A stretch of DNA of 64,000 nucleotides from Malacoraja senta (GCA_038087875.1 CM076000.1:496001-560000), one strand, 5' to 3'; shown: positions 13,702 to 26,384, counted from the first letter of the stretch. A program made the numbers and translations. Notes: generated by a model from the letters alone, not told the origin.

Positions 13702-16700
13702 GTATTGTATTGTATTGTATTGTATATCTTTATTGTCATTTCCTGAGTATTCGCATACCCAGAGGAAACAAAAAAACGTTCCTCAACCAGTGTCCATTTC
13801 AGTGTGTGCAGTAAAAAATAAATAGAAGTAAAAATACATATATCATGAACAAATTAACACTCTACTCTAGTAAACATCAACAGGCGTTCCGATCGGCAGC
13901 GGCACGACAGTGGCTCTGCTGCAGTGTGTCCAGGTTGGTGGTTGGTGCACGATACTTTGGCAGGGTAAAAAGTCCGTTTATCAGTCTTATAACCTGCGGG
14001 AAGAAGCTGAGGAGCATCCTGCTGGTTTTGCACCTAATGCTCCGGTACCTCTTCCCAGATGGCAGGATGGAGAATATGTGATGGGATGGGTGGTAGGGGT
14101 CTTTGATGATGGAGATGGCTCTGCTGATACATCTCTTCCTGTATATGTCCAGCAGGAAAGGGAGTGGAGCACCAATAATCCTGCTGGCGGTCTTCACAAT
14201 CCTGTCTAGTTGGTGCCGTTCGTACGCCTTGCAGCTCCCGAACCAGGAAGTGATGCCGTAGGTTAATGTGCTCTCGATTGTCCCCCTATAAAAAGTTCGT
14301 AGGTGTGTAGTGGAGAGACCTGCTTTACGTAGTCTTCGGAGAGGGTGTAGTCGCTGCTGGGCTCTCTTGACCAGTGATGTGGTGTTGGTCGTGGACGTCA
14401 GGTCATCTGACAGGTGGAGTCCTAGGAACTTCACGCTGTTGACCCTTTCCACATCAGCTCCATCGATGTGCAGAGGTGTATGGTGTTGTTTTCCCGCCCT
14501 CCTGAAGTCAACCACCATCTCCTTAGTTTTTCCCACGTTGAGAATGAGGTTGTGGGATTTGCACCATCCTGTGAGCAGCTCCACCTCCATCCTGTACGCC
14601 GACTCATCATTGTCACTGATGAGACCCACCACTGTTGTGTCATCAGCGAACTTGTTGATGAAGTTGTTGTTGAGTCTAGCAGTACAGTCGTGTGTTAGCA
14701 GACTAAACAGCAGGGGACTTAGGACACAGCCTTGGGGCGAGCCAGTGCTCACGGCTATGGTTTTTGATGTCCTACTGCCCACCCTGACTGTCTGCTGCCG
14801 TTGCGACAGAAAGTTCAGGACCCAGTTACATGTGCCAGCATCAACTCCCAATAGCTCCAACTTCTCCACCAACTGCAGCGGAATGATTGTATTAAAAGCA
14901 GAGCTGAAGTCTATGAAGAGGATCCTGGCATAAGTATTTTTCCGATCAAGGTGTGACAGTACGAGGTTCAGTGTTGTTGAGACTGCGTCCTCTGTGGATC
15001 GGTTGGCTCTGTAGGCGAACTGCAGTGGGTCTAGGTCGGCAGGTAGACTATTTTTGATATGCAGCATAACCAGTCGCTCAAAACACTTCATTACTATGGG
15101 TGTTAGAGCCACTGGTCGAAAGTCATTATGGCAGGCTGGGTTTGGTTTCTTCGGGACAGGGACGATGGTGGCACTCTTAAGACAGTTGGGCACTACTGCC
15201 TGGCTGAGTGAGATGTTAAAAATGTCTGTGAAAACATCTTTCAGTTGCTCGGCGCAGTCTCTTAAAACGCATCCAGGAATGTTGTCCGGCCCTGCAGCTT
15301 TGCGTGGGTTGATGCTGGCAAAGGCCTTTTTAACTCCGGCTGCAGACAGCCTGAGCGACTGGTCACTTGGAGATGGCAGTAGTGCACGTGTCTGGGTGGT
15401 GTTTCCAACCTCAAACCGTGCGTAGAACTCGTTCAGTTCATCTGGTAGAGAGGGGTCGTTTTGGCATATTCGCAGCGGGGGGGGCTTGTAGTCCGTGATG
15501 GTATGAAATCCCTGCCACAAGCGACGTGTGTCTTTGTCATTTGCGAAGTGGCTGTTAAGTTTTTGTCCATACAGCCTCTTCGCTTCCCTGATCCCCCGGG
15601 ATAGGTTACTCCTTGCCAGTTTGTATGCTGCGTTGTCCCCAGATTTGAATGCAGCATTCCGGATTCTCAGTAGGGAACACACTTCCCCAGTTAGCCAAGG
15701 TTTCTGATTGGCACGCCTCCTGATGGTTTTTACCACCGTTACATCATCAATGCATTTATTGATGTATCCGATGACGGATTCTGTGTATTCTTGGAGGTTG
15801 ATGCTACTGTCATCTGTTGCTGCCTCCCTGAAAATGGCCCACTGTGTGGTTTCAAAACAGTCTTGTAGTGCTGCGGTAGCTCCCTGTGGCCATGTTCTGA
15901 CTTCTTTGACCGTTGGCCTGTCCTGTTTCACCCTGGGTCTGTATGCAGGTGTGAGCATAACCGCCAGGTGGTCAGAGTTGCCGATATGGGGGAGGGGGGC
16001 TGCTCTATATGCATCTTTAATGTTGGTGTACACCAGATCTAGTTTGTTCTTTCCCCTGGTTGCAATGTTCACATGCTGGTAAAATTTAGGCAGAACAGAT
16101 GTAAGACTTGCCTGGTTGAAATCCCCAGCTGCCATGAAGAAAGCATCTGGATGTTCCCTCTGCTGCTCACTGATGTTGTTGTAGAGTTCTGTCATAGCAT
16201 CCTTCACGTCCGCGCTCGGTGGTACATAGACGGCCGTTATGAAGACTGCTGTTAACTCCCTGGGTAAGTAGAAGGGTCGGCATTTCACAGTCATTAGCTC
16301 TATATGGGGTGAGCAGTAAGTGGAAGTCACCACAGCATCCTGGCACCATGATCTGTTCACATATACAGCCAGCCCCCCTCCTCTTGCCTTACCAGCTAGC
16401 GAAGCTACTCTATCAGCTCTGTATAGCATAAGTCCCTCCAACTGGATCGCAGCGTCTGTGATGTTCTGATTCAGCCAGGTCTCCGTTAGGACGTAGACAC
16501 AGCAGTTCTTCACGCTTCGTTGGGAGGCTCTCCATGCTCTGAGGTAGTCCATCTTGTTTTCGAGGGAGCGGACATTTGCCAACATGACTGTAGGCACTGC
16601 CGGTTTGTGAGGGTTCGCGTTTAGCCTAGCGTAGGCTCCTGCGCGCTTCCCCCGCTTCTGCCCCCTGCTACACCGCTTGCGATGTTTCCCCACCAGTGTT

Positions 16701-16997
16701 GCTCCAGGTGCGGGTGCAGCCGCGGCTCTCCATGGGCCTGCGCGTCTCCGTGGGCACCTCCGTGGGCCTACGTGACGCAGAAGTCTCAGCTCCACCAGGA
16801 CGCTCCGTAAGTTAATGTTGCAACAAGAAGCCTTGTTGCCGATTTTTAAAAGGACCTGCCGCTCGTACTTACGCACATACACACACTCCTCCGACACACA
16901 CTCTTCAAACACACCACTCGCTCCAAAACCACACGAAAACACCGAACTTTCACTGGGAGAGGCCGCTGCAAACTCCGATCGCGCCGCCATCTTGCCC
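13702..16997 (-). mobile_element. Full-length Rex1/Babar-type non-LTR retrotransposon
   Basis: 5' end GGCAAGATGGCGGCG; single ORF; 3' stem-loop, TGACAATAAA and (CAATA)n tail; AAGATT at both ends (13696-13701, 16998-17003) as probable target-site duplication. Confidence 0.9.
13877..16990 (-). CDS. APE endonuclease plus reverse transcriptase ORF (about 1037 aa) of the Rex1-type LINE
   Basis: Uninterrupted; APE motifs LANVRSL, LTETWL, AGDFN, LDLVY, SDHL; RT motifs FIDFSSAFN, PQGCVLSP, FADD. Confidence 0.93.
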   Translation of the reverse strand: MAARSEFAAASPSESSVFSCGFGASGVFEECVSEECVYVRKYERQVLLKIGNKASCCNINLRSVLVELRLLRHVGPRRCPRRRAGPWRAAAAPAPGATLVGKHRKRCSRGQKRGKRAGAYARLNANPHKPAVPTVMLANVRSLENKMDYLRAWRASQRSVKNCCVYVLTETWLNQNITDAAIQLEGLMLYRADRVASLAGKARGGGLAVYVNRSWCQDAVVTSTYCSPHIELMTVKCRPFYLPRELTAVFITAVYVPPSADVKDAMTELYNNISEQQREHPDAFFMAAGDFNQASLTSVLPKFYQHVNIATRGKNKLDLVYTNIKDAYRAAPLPHIGNSDHLAVMLTPAYRPRVKQDRPTVKEVRTWPQGATAALQDCFETTQWAIFREAATDDSSINLQEYTESVIGYINKCIDDVTVVKTIRRRANQKPWLTGEVCSLLRIRNAAFKSGDNAAYKLARSNLSRGIREAKRLYGQKLNSHFANDKDTRRLWQGFHTITDYKPPPLRICQNDPSLPDELNEFYARFEVGNTTQTRALLPSPSDQSLRLSAAGVKKAFASINPRKAAGPDNIPGCVLRDCAEQLKDVFTDIFNISLSQAVVPNCLKSATIVPVPKKPNPACHNDFRPVALTPIVMKCFERLVMLHIKNSLPADLDPLQFAYRANRSTEDAVSTTLNLVLSHLDRKNTYARILFIDFSSAFNTIIPLQLVEKLELLGVDAGTCNWVLNFLSQRQQTVRVGSRTSKTIAVSTGSPQGCVLSPLLFSLLTHDCTARLNNNFINKFADDTTVVGLISDNDESAYRMEVELLTGWCKSHNLILNVGKTKEMVVDFRRAGKQHHTPLHIDGADVERVNSVKFLGLHLSDDLTSTTNTTSLVKRAQQRLHPLRRLRKAGLSTTHLRTFYRGTIESTLTYGITSWFGSCKAYERHQLDRIVKTASRIIGAPLPFLLDIYRKRCISRAISIIKDPYHPSHHIFSILPSGKRYRSIRCKTSRMLLSFFPQVIRLINGLFTLPKYRAPTTNLDTLQQSHCRAAADRNAC

Positions 16998-17844
16998 AAG
17001 ATTCTGCACAAACTCAGCTCAATTCTAAATTTGCGGATTGCTGATATCGAAAACAAATACATCTGCTGCGCACCAACATTAACGGGTACCGAAGGAACTT
17101 TGCCAGATGAGAGAATGGGTATTTTGATTTCCCTTTAACATATTGCACCACAAACCAGTATTAGATACAATGCAAAAGGGGCTTTCACAAAACCAAGGTG
17201 CCATTTATCTCGGATGCGACAGTATCAAAAACAAAGGAAACAACATAGAAATCAACAGAATGCACTTGATGTTTCAGACATTTCTGAAAATATTTAAACC
17301 AAAAATTTCTGTTGGTTGACATAAACTGTGCACACAAGCTGCAAAGTAAAAAATAATAACCTTAATTCGGCTTTTTAAAAATAAAAATACTGAAAGATTC
17401 AGTTAAAGAGTATGAACATGCAGCTTACAACAGCAGAAATAACAGGCAATAAAATGAAAATGCAATTAGGTTGAAGTAAACCATGCACACAATCTGCAAA
17501 TTAAAAAAAAAATTGCCTTTTGTTTTTATTAAAAATAAAAACACTGCTAAAGTTGTTTGGAGGTCTTGGAATTAGCTGGAATATAGGAGATAAAGAATCA
17601 GAATAAATGTTTAAAACACTAATTAGTGAAGTGTGAATAAATGCTTAAAATACTAATTAGTGAAGTGTGACAAGTGGTAGTCTCCTTCATTCTGTGCAGG
17701 GCCTTTTCCCAAATTTTCTCCAGTGAAAAATATGAATAACTCATTGGGCTACAGATATAGGCTGAAGAAAAACAAGATGAGCAATTGTGCCGTGATTTCT
17801 TGTGATTTTAAGATCAGACAAAGTTGGGAAAAATGCCGTTACTG

Positions 17845-18400
17845 ACCAAGTGGGCTGAGGAATGGCTAATGGAGTTTAATTTAGATAAATGTGAGGTGTT
17901 GCATTTTGGGAAATCAAACCAGGACAAGACCTTCACAGTGAATGGTAGGGCCTGTGGGAAAGTTGCAGAGCAGGGAGATCTAGGAGTACAAGTATACAGT
18001 TCCCTGAAAGTGGCATCACATGTAGATAGGATGGTGATGAAGGCTTTTGGCACACTGACCTCCATCAATCAGGAAATTGAGTATGGATGTTGGGATGTAA
18101 TTTTACTTTTGTACATGATGTTGGCGAGGCTACACTTGGGAGTGTTGTGCTCAGTTTTGGTCATCCTGTTATAGGAAAGACGCAGTTAAACTGGTAAAAG
18201 TGCAGAAAAGATTTACGTGATGTTGCCAGGAATCAAGTGCTTGAACTATATGGAGAGTTTAGACAGTCTAGGACTTTATTCCTTGGAGGCTGTAGGGTGA
18301 TCTTATACAGATATATAAAATGATGAAACAATATTTTTCACACAGAGGGTGATGGGTGGATAGAACGGGCTGTCAGATGAACTATTTAAGACTGATGCAA
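17845..18400 (+). mobile_element. Degenerate CR1 LINE fragment
   Basis: KWAEEWLMEFNLDKCEVLHFG...DLGVQV, typical of CR1 ORF2. Confidence 0.8.
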
Positions 18401-19296
18401 TAACATTTAGTTTTGTGATACAGCTTGGAAACAGACCCTTTGAAACAGACCCTTCAGCCGATTGAGTTCACACAGACCACTCCCTACACACTATGGGTAA
18501 TTTACAGAGGCCAACTAACATACAAACCTATACATCTTTGGAATGTGAGAGGAAACTGGAGCACACGAAAAAAACACATGTGGTCACAGGGAGGATGCAC
18601 AACAACCAGAGGAAAAAATGTACAAATTGTAGGCATAAAATACAAAAAAAAAGATAAAGGAGGACATGGGGACTAAATACAAGTGAGATTACATAACTTG
18701 AATTTGAAGAAGAATCAGTTCAAGCACATTACTAGTTTATGTTGCTACGTTTCAAGTTAAGACAACTCTAAATTTCCTTCTCCTCAAAATGGCATACATT
18801 TTTTTCGAAGTTGAATTTAATACTATTTTTTTAATTTTTTTTTACACATTTCACTCCCTTCCCAGCTAATAATTAATGTTCAAATGTGCTAATGTGACCT
18901 TATGTTACTTAGGAAACATTTAAAGAAATGATACAATGATTTTATAGATACATTTTAATACGACTTCATACATTTACTAAACTACTACCCCCAAAGTTAA
19001 AATAGGAGTAGCTTACCTATATTTCCCCCAAGATTTAAAAATCTCAGATTCCCAGATGAAGTTAATATTGGAAAAGGTTTACACCAGAGATGCTGCTGAA
19101 AATTCTACATCTTTCCTCTTCCTGCACTATGATAATGTAAAAAGGACAGGACATTTTATTTGATTATTAGGGAAATATCTAACAAACATTTACAGAATGT
19201 GTAGGAAGGAACAGCAGATACTGGTTTAAACTGAAGATAGAAACAAAAAGCTGGAATAACTCAGCAGGTCAGACAGCATCTCTCGAGAAATGAATA

Positions 19297-19330
19297 GGTG
19301 ACGTTTCGGGTCGAGACTCTTCTTCAGACT
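19297..19330 (-). ncRNA. Minimal type I hammerhead ribozyme motif in a short Penelope-derived repeat (about 19197-19335)
   Basis: Minus strand reads AGT-CTGAAGA-AGAGTCTCGACCC-GAAACGTC-ACC: intact core with a GUC cleavage triplet. Confidence 0.65.
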
Positions 19331-21439
19331 GAAGAACATTTACAGATGTTTTTCAATCAAGGTATCTTAAATCAAAACACAAATTCACAATATTTTTGTA
19401 AACCAGCATCTACAGTTTCCCGTTTCCAAAAGTTTACTCTTCAGGTTACGTGATGTTAAAGTATGGAATTACCTGGTGTGGAGGGGGGGGATGGGGAGGG
19501 GGAGGGTGTGTGAGTAAAGGTGGAAGAGATGTGGGAACAGGACAAAATCTTACAAATGATAGGAGATACAGGTGAGGGAGGAGGGGGATTGATTGGCAGA
19601 TGGTTGGACAAAGGCCAGAGATGAAGACAAATTTGTGTGAGATAAGGATAGAACAGGTGGAAATTGTCAAGATCTATATAGAAGACTGTTTTCCCTCTTG
19701 ACACCTTCTTCGTTTCAAACTATTCACCAGCGAGGAAATAAGAAAATATGTGCAGAGAAGCTCAGTCATGTTCAAAATTCCCCAAACACATGAAGTTGTA
19801 AACCAATTAGAATCTTAATCCCTATTCTACGTGACATCTGGTGCAAAGTAAATCTGTAACCAAAGTTTCTTGAACCAAGAGGATTACACTGAAGATTCAT
19901 TAGCCAGTTCCACTGTGCTACTGCAACAAAAATACAGCATGCAAAAACAGAGTTGAAAAAAAATGCGATACTGGTGGTGATTTTAAATCACATCGGATTT
20001 GGTAGTTAAACCTCTTAGAGGGTTATAATGATCTGGGTAATTGTGTCCCAGTAAATATCCCCGAAACGGTTAATCAAAAGCCTCAAATATCAATTACATT
20101 GTGTACCTTTACTTGAATCATGATTTGTCCCCTCAGCTCTGGCATAACAGGGGAAATCATCATAGTCCTTATAAATATGTATTGTTTTTTATTAAAAAAG
20201 TAAGTCAAAATCTGAATAATTAGTATCACATTTGCCAGTATTTTTTAAATGCGCCAATTTCAAATTAATGTGCAAATAGTACACATTTAAATAGAGAACA
20301 AATTAAAATGAATAGCTAGAGAATCATATCTAACATGCATCAAAACTACCCTGCTAAAATTACTTGCATATGCTAGATGACCAATGATGTAGCACAAGGG
20401 GATGATACTATATAGTTAGCAACTCCCAGAACAGTCATACCCAATATAAATATTGAGTAAGCAAATTTTCTTATCCAGAGAATGAAACAGTAATGTATTT
20501 TTTATGAAAGACACAGTGCTGTCTTTTATACATTACTGCAGGATTTTTTGCTATCTATTTCCTTCAAGTACGACACTTTCCAGGAGCTGGAGACCAATAT
20601 TCAGCTCGTCCAAGCACAACACCCAAAGTCAATTCCAGCATCCCACTCCCATGTTTTACAATTGCACGGAAGATTTTTTTTTAATTACAGCATACCTTAC
20701 AAAGAATAACGCACAAGTAACTGCATGCTGGTCACGCAGCACCAGTCGAGAGAATGGACAGGCGACATTTTGGGTCAGGACTTTTTTTCAGGCCGATAGA
20801 ATAGTGGGGAGAAAGCTGAATAAGAGAGGTAGGATTGGGGGCAAAACCTGGCATGTAACAGGCAAAAGATTGAAAACCACAAACTGCAGATGCCGGTTTA
20901 AAAAAAGACCAGAGTGTTGCAGTAACTCAACGGGACAGGCAGTAAATCTGGAGAACATGGATAGGTAAAGTTTTGGGTTGGGACTCTTCTTCACACTGAT
21001 TGTCAAGGGTGAGGGGGCGGATGGGAGGGAAGAATGTGGAGGAGGAAGGAGGGTTGGGTTTTGTTTGGTTACCTAAAGTTTAAGAATTCAACGTTTATAC
21101 CATTGGTAATAGGTGGATACAGGTGAGACAGTTATTTGGCAGATGGGTAGAGTAAGTGACAAAGGCTGAAAGGAGCTGAAAAGGAGCCAAGAGTGTCAGA
21201 TGATGAAAAAAAAGTGAAATGTCAAAATCAGAGATAGGGTATAGATGGATGAGAGAAGGGGACAGGTGGAGGGAAGAGTGGGAATAAAAGGGAAATATGG
21301 ACTCTGGTATGGAAGATGAGTGCACAGAGGAAAAAGAGAATAACAACTATGGTGGTGGGAGATGGTGAGAAAAATGTGCGCACAAGAGGGGGAGGAGGAT
21401 AGGGGAAAGAGAGGGAGAAGAGTGGGAGAGGGAATCGGT

Positions 21440-22305
21440 GGGCGGCGCGACTTTTCGTTGCAGCGGCCTCTGCAGTCCGTCTGTCTTTTTTATTATTTTT
21501 GTCTCGTTTTTATGTAGTTTTTATTAATTTTTTTTGTCGGGGTATGTGTGTGGGGGGGTGGGGGGGGGGGGGAAACTTTAAAATCTTTCCGCTGCACGGG
21601 AGACCCGACCTTTTCTTTGTCGGGTCTCCGTTGTCGTTGGGGCTGGGCAACGTGGAGCGGCCTCCAGCAGGAACGACCTGGGGCTCCCGTGGAGCTGCGG
21701 ACTACTCACCGTCGCGGGGCTGGCCGAGTCCGGAGCGGGTGGAGCTGTGGTGGAGACAATCGCTGCTGCGACCCGACCGCCGGAGATTCGGAGGCTACAA
21801 CCGCGGGTCTGGCGGACGGCAACACTGGAAGCCCGCGGGTCCCCTGGTGGGAGACTGCTTTTCGGGGCTTCCGCAGCGGCGACTTCTCCCGCCCGAGTTG
21901 CGGGGTTGAGGAGCACCTGGAGCGGGGCTTTATACCCCCGCGCGGCTTGGAATGGCTGCCGGACTTTGCGGGCGAGCGCCGGGGCTCTAACACCAAGACC
22001 CGGTGCGCGACCTTGCATCACCCGGCGTGGCTTTAATGGCTGCGGGACAATCACCATCGCCCGCCGGGGGCTTTGACTTTGACTCTGACATCGGGGGGGG
22101 GGGGGGGAGTGCAGTGGAGAGATACGTTATTTTTGCCTTCCATCACAGCGTTGTGATTGATGTATGTGTAAATTGTGTTGTGTCTCGGGTCTTCTTTGTT
22201 TTGTATTGTATGGCTGCAGAAACGACATTTCGTTTGGACCTCAAGGGGTCCAAATGACAAATTTGTCCCTCAAAAGACAAATAAATTGAATTGGAATTGG
22301 AATTG
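21440..22305 (+). mobile_element. Non-coding GC-rich retroelement with Rex1-like 5' and 3' ends
   Basis: 5' GGCGGCGCGA..TTGCAGCGGCCTCT shared with the Rex1 copy; 3' hairpin TTGGACC..GGTCCAA, ATGACAA, AATAAA and a (GAATTG)n tail; no RT homology seen. Confidence 0.6.
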
Positions 22306-23361
22306 AGTGGGGTGCTAATTGAAAAAGGATAATTCAATGTCCATATTATACCATTAAATTCCATTTGGAATATTTTGGAGGACCAAGAAACCAAGAACCC
22401 AATCCGAAATGAGGTGCCATTCTTCCACTGAATCCCCCAATTTTCTAATCTGATATCCCTTTGTCTCTTTTGCACTCCTAGCCTTTGTCATTTACTCCAC
22501 CCATCTGCCAATTAACCCCCTACTCACCTATGTGCATCTATCATCTGCCAGGCCTTGCCCACCCCCCAAGTCTGTCAAAGGGTTCCAACCCGAAACGTGG
22601 TCTGTTCATTCCATCCTCAGATGCTGCCGAACCCGCTGAGTTCCTCCAGCCTTTTGCTTTTTACCTAACACCAAATTTTGCATAAATTTGGATTCTGAAC
22701 ACACCTTTATTAATTGTCTGAATCAACTACCTAATTTACGGGTAGTTTGAATAACAAGTTTTAGTTGTTATTTGAATAGTTTTCTGAATCAGCCTATTGT
22801 AATTTTATAAATATTATATGTATACAAAGCTCTAAGAAAATAGGAATGCATTCATAGTTACAAGCACTGGGAAGTGACAACAACCCAAGTCTTTTTAGCT
22901 GTCATTGGCCAGATGGCTTCCTTCCGAGTTGTTACTTTCTATAATACAGAGGAGGAATCCAAGAGGACTGCACACTTCCAGAGTACTTTCCAGTCAGTTG
23001 TCAGAACTACTGCAAACGCCAAATTTGCAGAAATAGATTTCCGAATTCAACCAGTCTACATAGGATTTGATTTTTATCCTTTACAGAAGCATTGTCCTAA
23101 CCTTCTATCATCCTGCTTAGTAACCTTAATGCCAGATTACCTTCCTTCATCTTGCTAACCTATGATCAATAGCTCACATGATCACTGAAAGTATTCCCCG
23201 ACTGACAGCCCTTACTGTACGAATATTTTTCCAGTTTTATGTCCTAAACTCTTATGGCATTTAATCTTGTAACTAAAACCATTCCTACTACTCCCCTAAA
23301 CAACAATTGAAAACAGTTTATTTCTACTCTCAAGTGTTTGCTTGCATTTAAAACAACTGTT

Positions 23362-25141
23362 ATAGACAATAGGCAATAGGTGCAGGAGTAGGCCATTCAG
23401 CCCTTCAAGCCAGCACCGCCATTCAATGTGATCATGGCTGATCATCCCCAATCAGTACCCCGTTCCTGCCTTTTCCTCATATCCCCTGACTCCGCTATCA
23501 TTAAGAGCCCAATCTAGCTCTCTCTTGAAAGTATCCAGAGAACTGGCCTCCACCGCCCTCCGAGGCAGAGAATTCCACAGACTGACAATTCTCTGTGTGA
23601 AAAAGTGTTTACTCATCTCCATCCTAAATGGCTTACCCCTAATTCTTAAACAGTGGCCCCTGGTTCTGAACTCCCCCAACATCGGGAACATGTTTCCTGC
23701 CTCTAGCGTGTCCAAACCCTTAATAATCTTATATGTTTCAATAAGATGCCCTCTCATCCTTCTAAACTCCAGAGTTTACAAGCCCAGCCGCTACATTCTC
23801 TCAGCATATGACAGTCCCGCCATCCCGGGAATTAACCTTGTAAACGTACGCTGCACTCCCTCAATAGCAATTGTGTCCTTCCTCAAATTAGGGGACCAAA
23901 ACTGCACACAATACTTCAGGTGTGGTCTCACTAGGGCCCTATACAACTGCAGAAAGACCTCTTTGCTCCTATACTTAACTCCTTTTGTTATGAAGGCCAA
24001 CATGCCATTCGCTTTCTGCACTACCTGCTGTACCTGCATGCTTACTTTCATTGACTGATGAACAAGGACCCCCAGATCCCGTTGTACTTCCCCTTTTCCC
24101 AATTTGACACCATTTAGATAATAATCTGCCTTCCTGTTTTTGCTACCAAAGTGGATAACCTCACATTTATCCACATTAAACTGCATCTGCCAACTCACCC
24201 AACCTGTCCAAGTTATCCTGCATTCTCATAGCATCCTCCTCACAGTTCACACTGCCACCCAGCTTTGTGTCATCTGCAAATTTGCTAATGTTACTTTGAA
24301 TCCTTTCATCAAAATCATTGATGTATATTGCAAATAGCTGCGGTCCCAGCACCAAGGCTTGTGGTACCCCACTTGTCACTGCCTGCCATTCTGAAAGGGA
24401 CCCGTTAATCCCTACTCTTGGTTTCCTGTCTGCCAACCAATTTTCTATCCATGTCAGTACTCTATCCCCAATACCATGTGCCCTAATTTTGCACACTAAT
24501 CTCCTATGTGGGACCTTATCAAATGTTTTCTGAAAGTCCAGGTACACTACATCCCTTGTCCATTATCCTCGTTACATCCTCAAAAAATTCCAGATGATTA
24601 GTCAAGCATGATTTCCCCTTTGTAAATCTATGCCGACTGTTACTGCTATCCAAATGTGCCGCTATTTCATCTTTTATGATTGACTCCAGCATCTTCCCCA
24701 CCGCCGATGTCAGGCTAACTGGTCCATAATTCCTTGTTTTCTCTCTCCCGCCTTTCTTAAAAAGTGGGATAACATTAGCTACCCTCCAATCCACAGGAAC
24801 TGATCCCGAATCTATAGAACATTGGAAAATTATCACCAATGCGTCCACGATTTCTAGAGCCACTTCCTTAAGTACCCTGGGATGCAGACCATCAGGCCCT
24901 GGGGACTTATTAGCCTTCAGTCCCATCAGTCTACCCAACACCATTTCCTGCCTAATGTGGATTTCCTTCAGTTCCTTCGTCACCCCAGATCATCTGGCCA
25001 CAAGTACATCAGCAAGATTGTTTGTGTCCTCCTTAGTGAAGACGGATCCAAAGTACCTGTTCAATTCATCTGCCATTTCCTTGTTCCCCATAATAAATTC
25101 ACCTTTTTCAGTCTTCAAGTGTCCAACTTTGGTCTTAACTA
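23362..25141 (-). mobile_element. 5'-truncated CR1 LINE
   Basis: Frameshifted ORF2 (SPGPDGLHPRVLKE, YLDFQKTFDKVPH, SKFADDTKL) and CR1 3' tail repeats (CCTATTG/TCTATTG). Confidence 0.92.
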
Positions 25142-26384
25142 ATGTTGAATCACTGTAATCACCTGATCTTAAGAATGGCAGCCAATAATTATTTTACACA
25201 GTTGGAACAGAAGACAAAGTCCTGGAGTAATTCAGGTCAGGCAGCATCAGTGAAGGGAATGGATAGGCAACATTTTGGGTGCAGACCCTCCTGCATACTG
25301 GCAATGGACATAACAAAATGACTTCAAGTAACCCTTAAATCCCCTATCTCCCAGTCCCTCCCCCCACCTAAGTCACTGTACTAGTTTAAGTCACCTTGTT
25401 AAGAATCAATGTCTGTAACTCGTTTTCACCTAGCCCACAGTGAACAATGGCCTATTTCTTTTATCATTATCACTTTTTTGCATATCTTTCATTCATTTGT
25501 TCGATGTCTCTCTATATCAGTCCACACATCTCATTTTCCTTTCCCCTGACACAGTCTGAAAAAGGGTCTTGACCCGAAACATCACCTATTCCTTTTCTCC
25601 AGAGACGCCGTCTTACCCACTGAGTTACAACAGCTTTTTGTGTCTATCTTTGGCAATGGACATATTTGGAGATAGATCAAGTTGATTTTGCCGAACCAAA
25701 TGGCTGCAGATCTCAATTCTTCCAGACGAACCTCCAGGTGATACATTTTAAATTATTAAAACAAAACTGTTTATTGTTGCTCATGAATTATTGATTATCC
25801 TCAAGGAAAGGATTTGGATTAAGTTGCAGTACAGTAAATACTACTAGCAGTTGCCACATTTCCCACATTATAATCTTGAGAACATACCAAAAATATTTTC
25901 CCTGTTTGTAAAGCAATTTAGAATATCAAGGGTGTGAATGGATGATCCCAGTCTAAGTTTTTATAAACTTGAAATAAAAATTCCTTGCATATTGCCATCA
26001 GCATTGTACAAATGGAAGAAAACTGCAATAACTAAAGATGCAGAAGGACATAATTGAAGGAGGAATGCTTTTAATTGATGTTTGAAGCTGGATCTTGTGA
26101 AATTAGAATAATTGAAAGACCAAATCTTATAATACAGAAGCAAGCCCTTTAGTTCACTGAATCTGCACTGACCATCAATGACCCATTTACAGTAATGCTA
26201 CATTAATCCCACATCTTTTATTCTTCCCATCTTTTCATCGGCAACCCCTATCACTCACCTATGTATGAGGGGTAGTTAATCTACCAATCTGCTTGTCCCT
26301 GGGAGGAAACTGAAGCATTGGGACGATATCCACTTGGTCACAGGGGAGATAAGTGCAACCTTCACACAGACATCACCCAAGGTC

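Noticed and set aside
16991..17062. ORF-track start giving a 1061-aa LINE protein
   Set aside because: Most of the first 24 codons lie outside the element boundary (16997 and the AAGATT duplication); the first in-element ATG is at 16990.
17600..17670. Short two-copy tandem duplications (also 10650-10735 and 11770-11800) as an array or CRISPR-like feature
   Set aside because: Only two copies, no spacers, eukaryotic context; ordinary slippage duplications.
21499..22260. Cluster of overlapping 80-160 aa ORFs
   Set aside because: High GC content suppresses stop codons in all frames; no recognisable domain; lies within a repeat.
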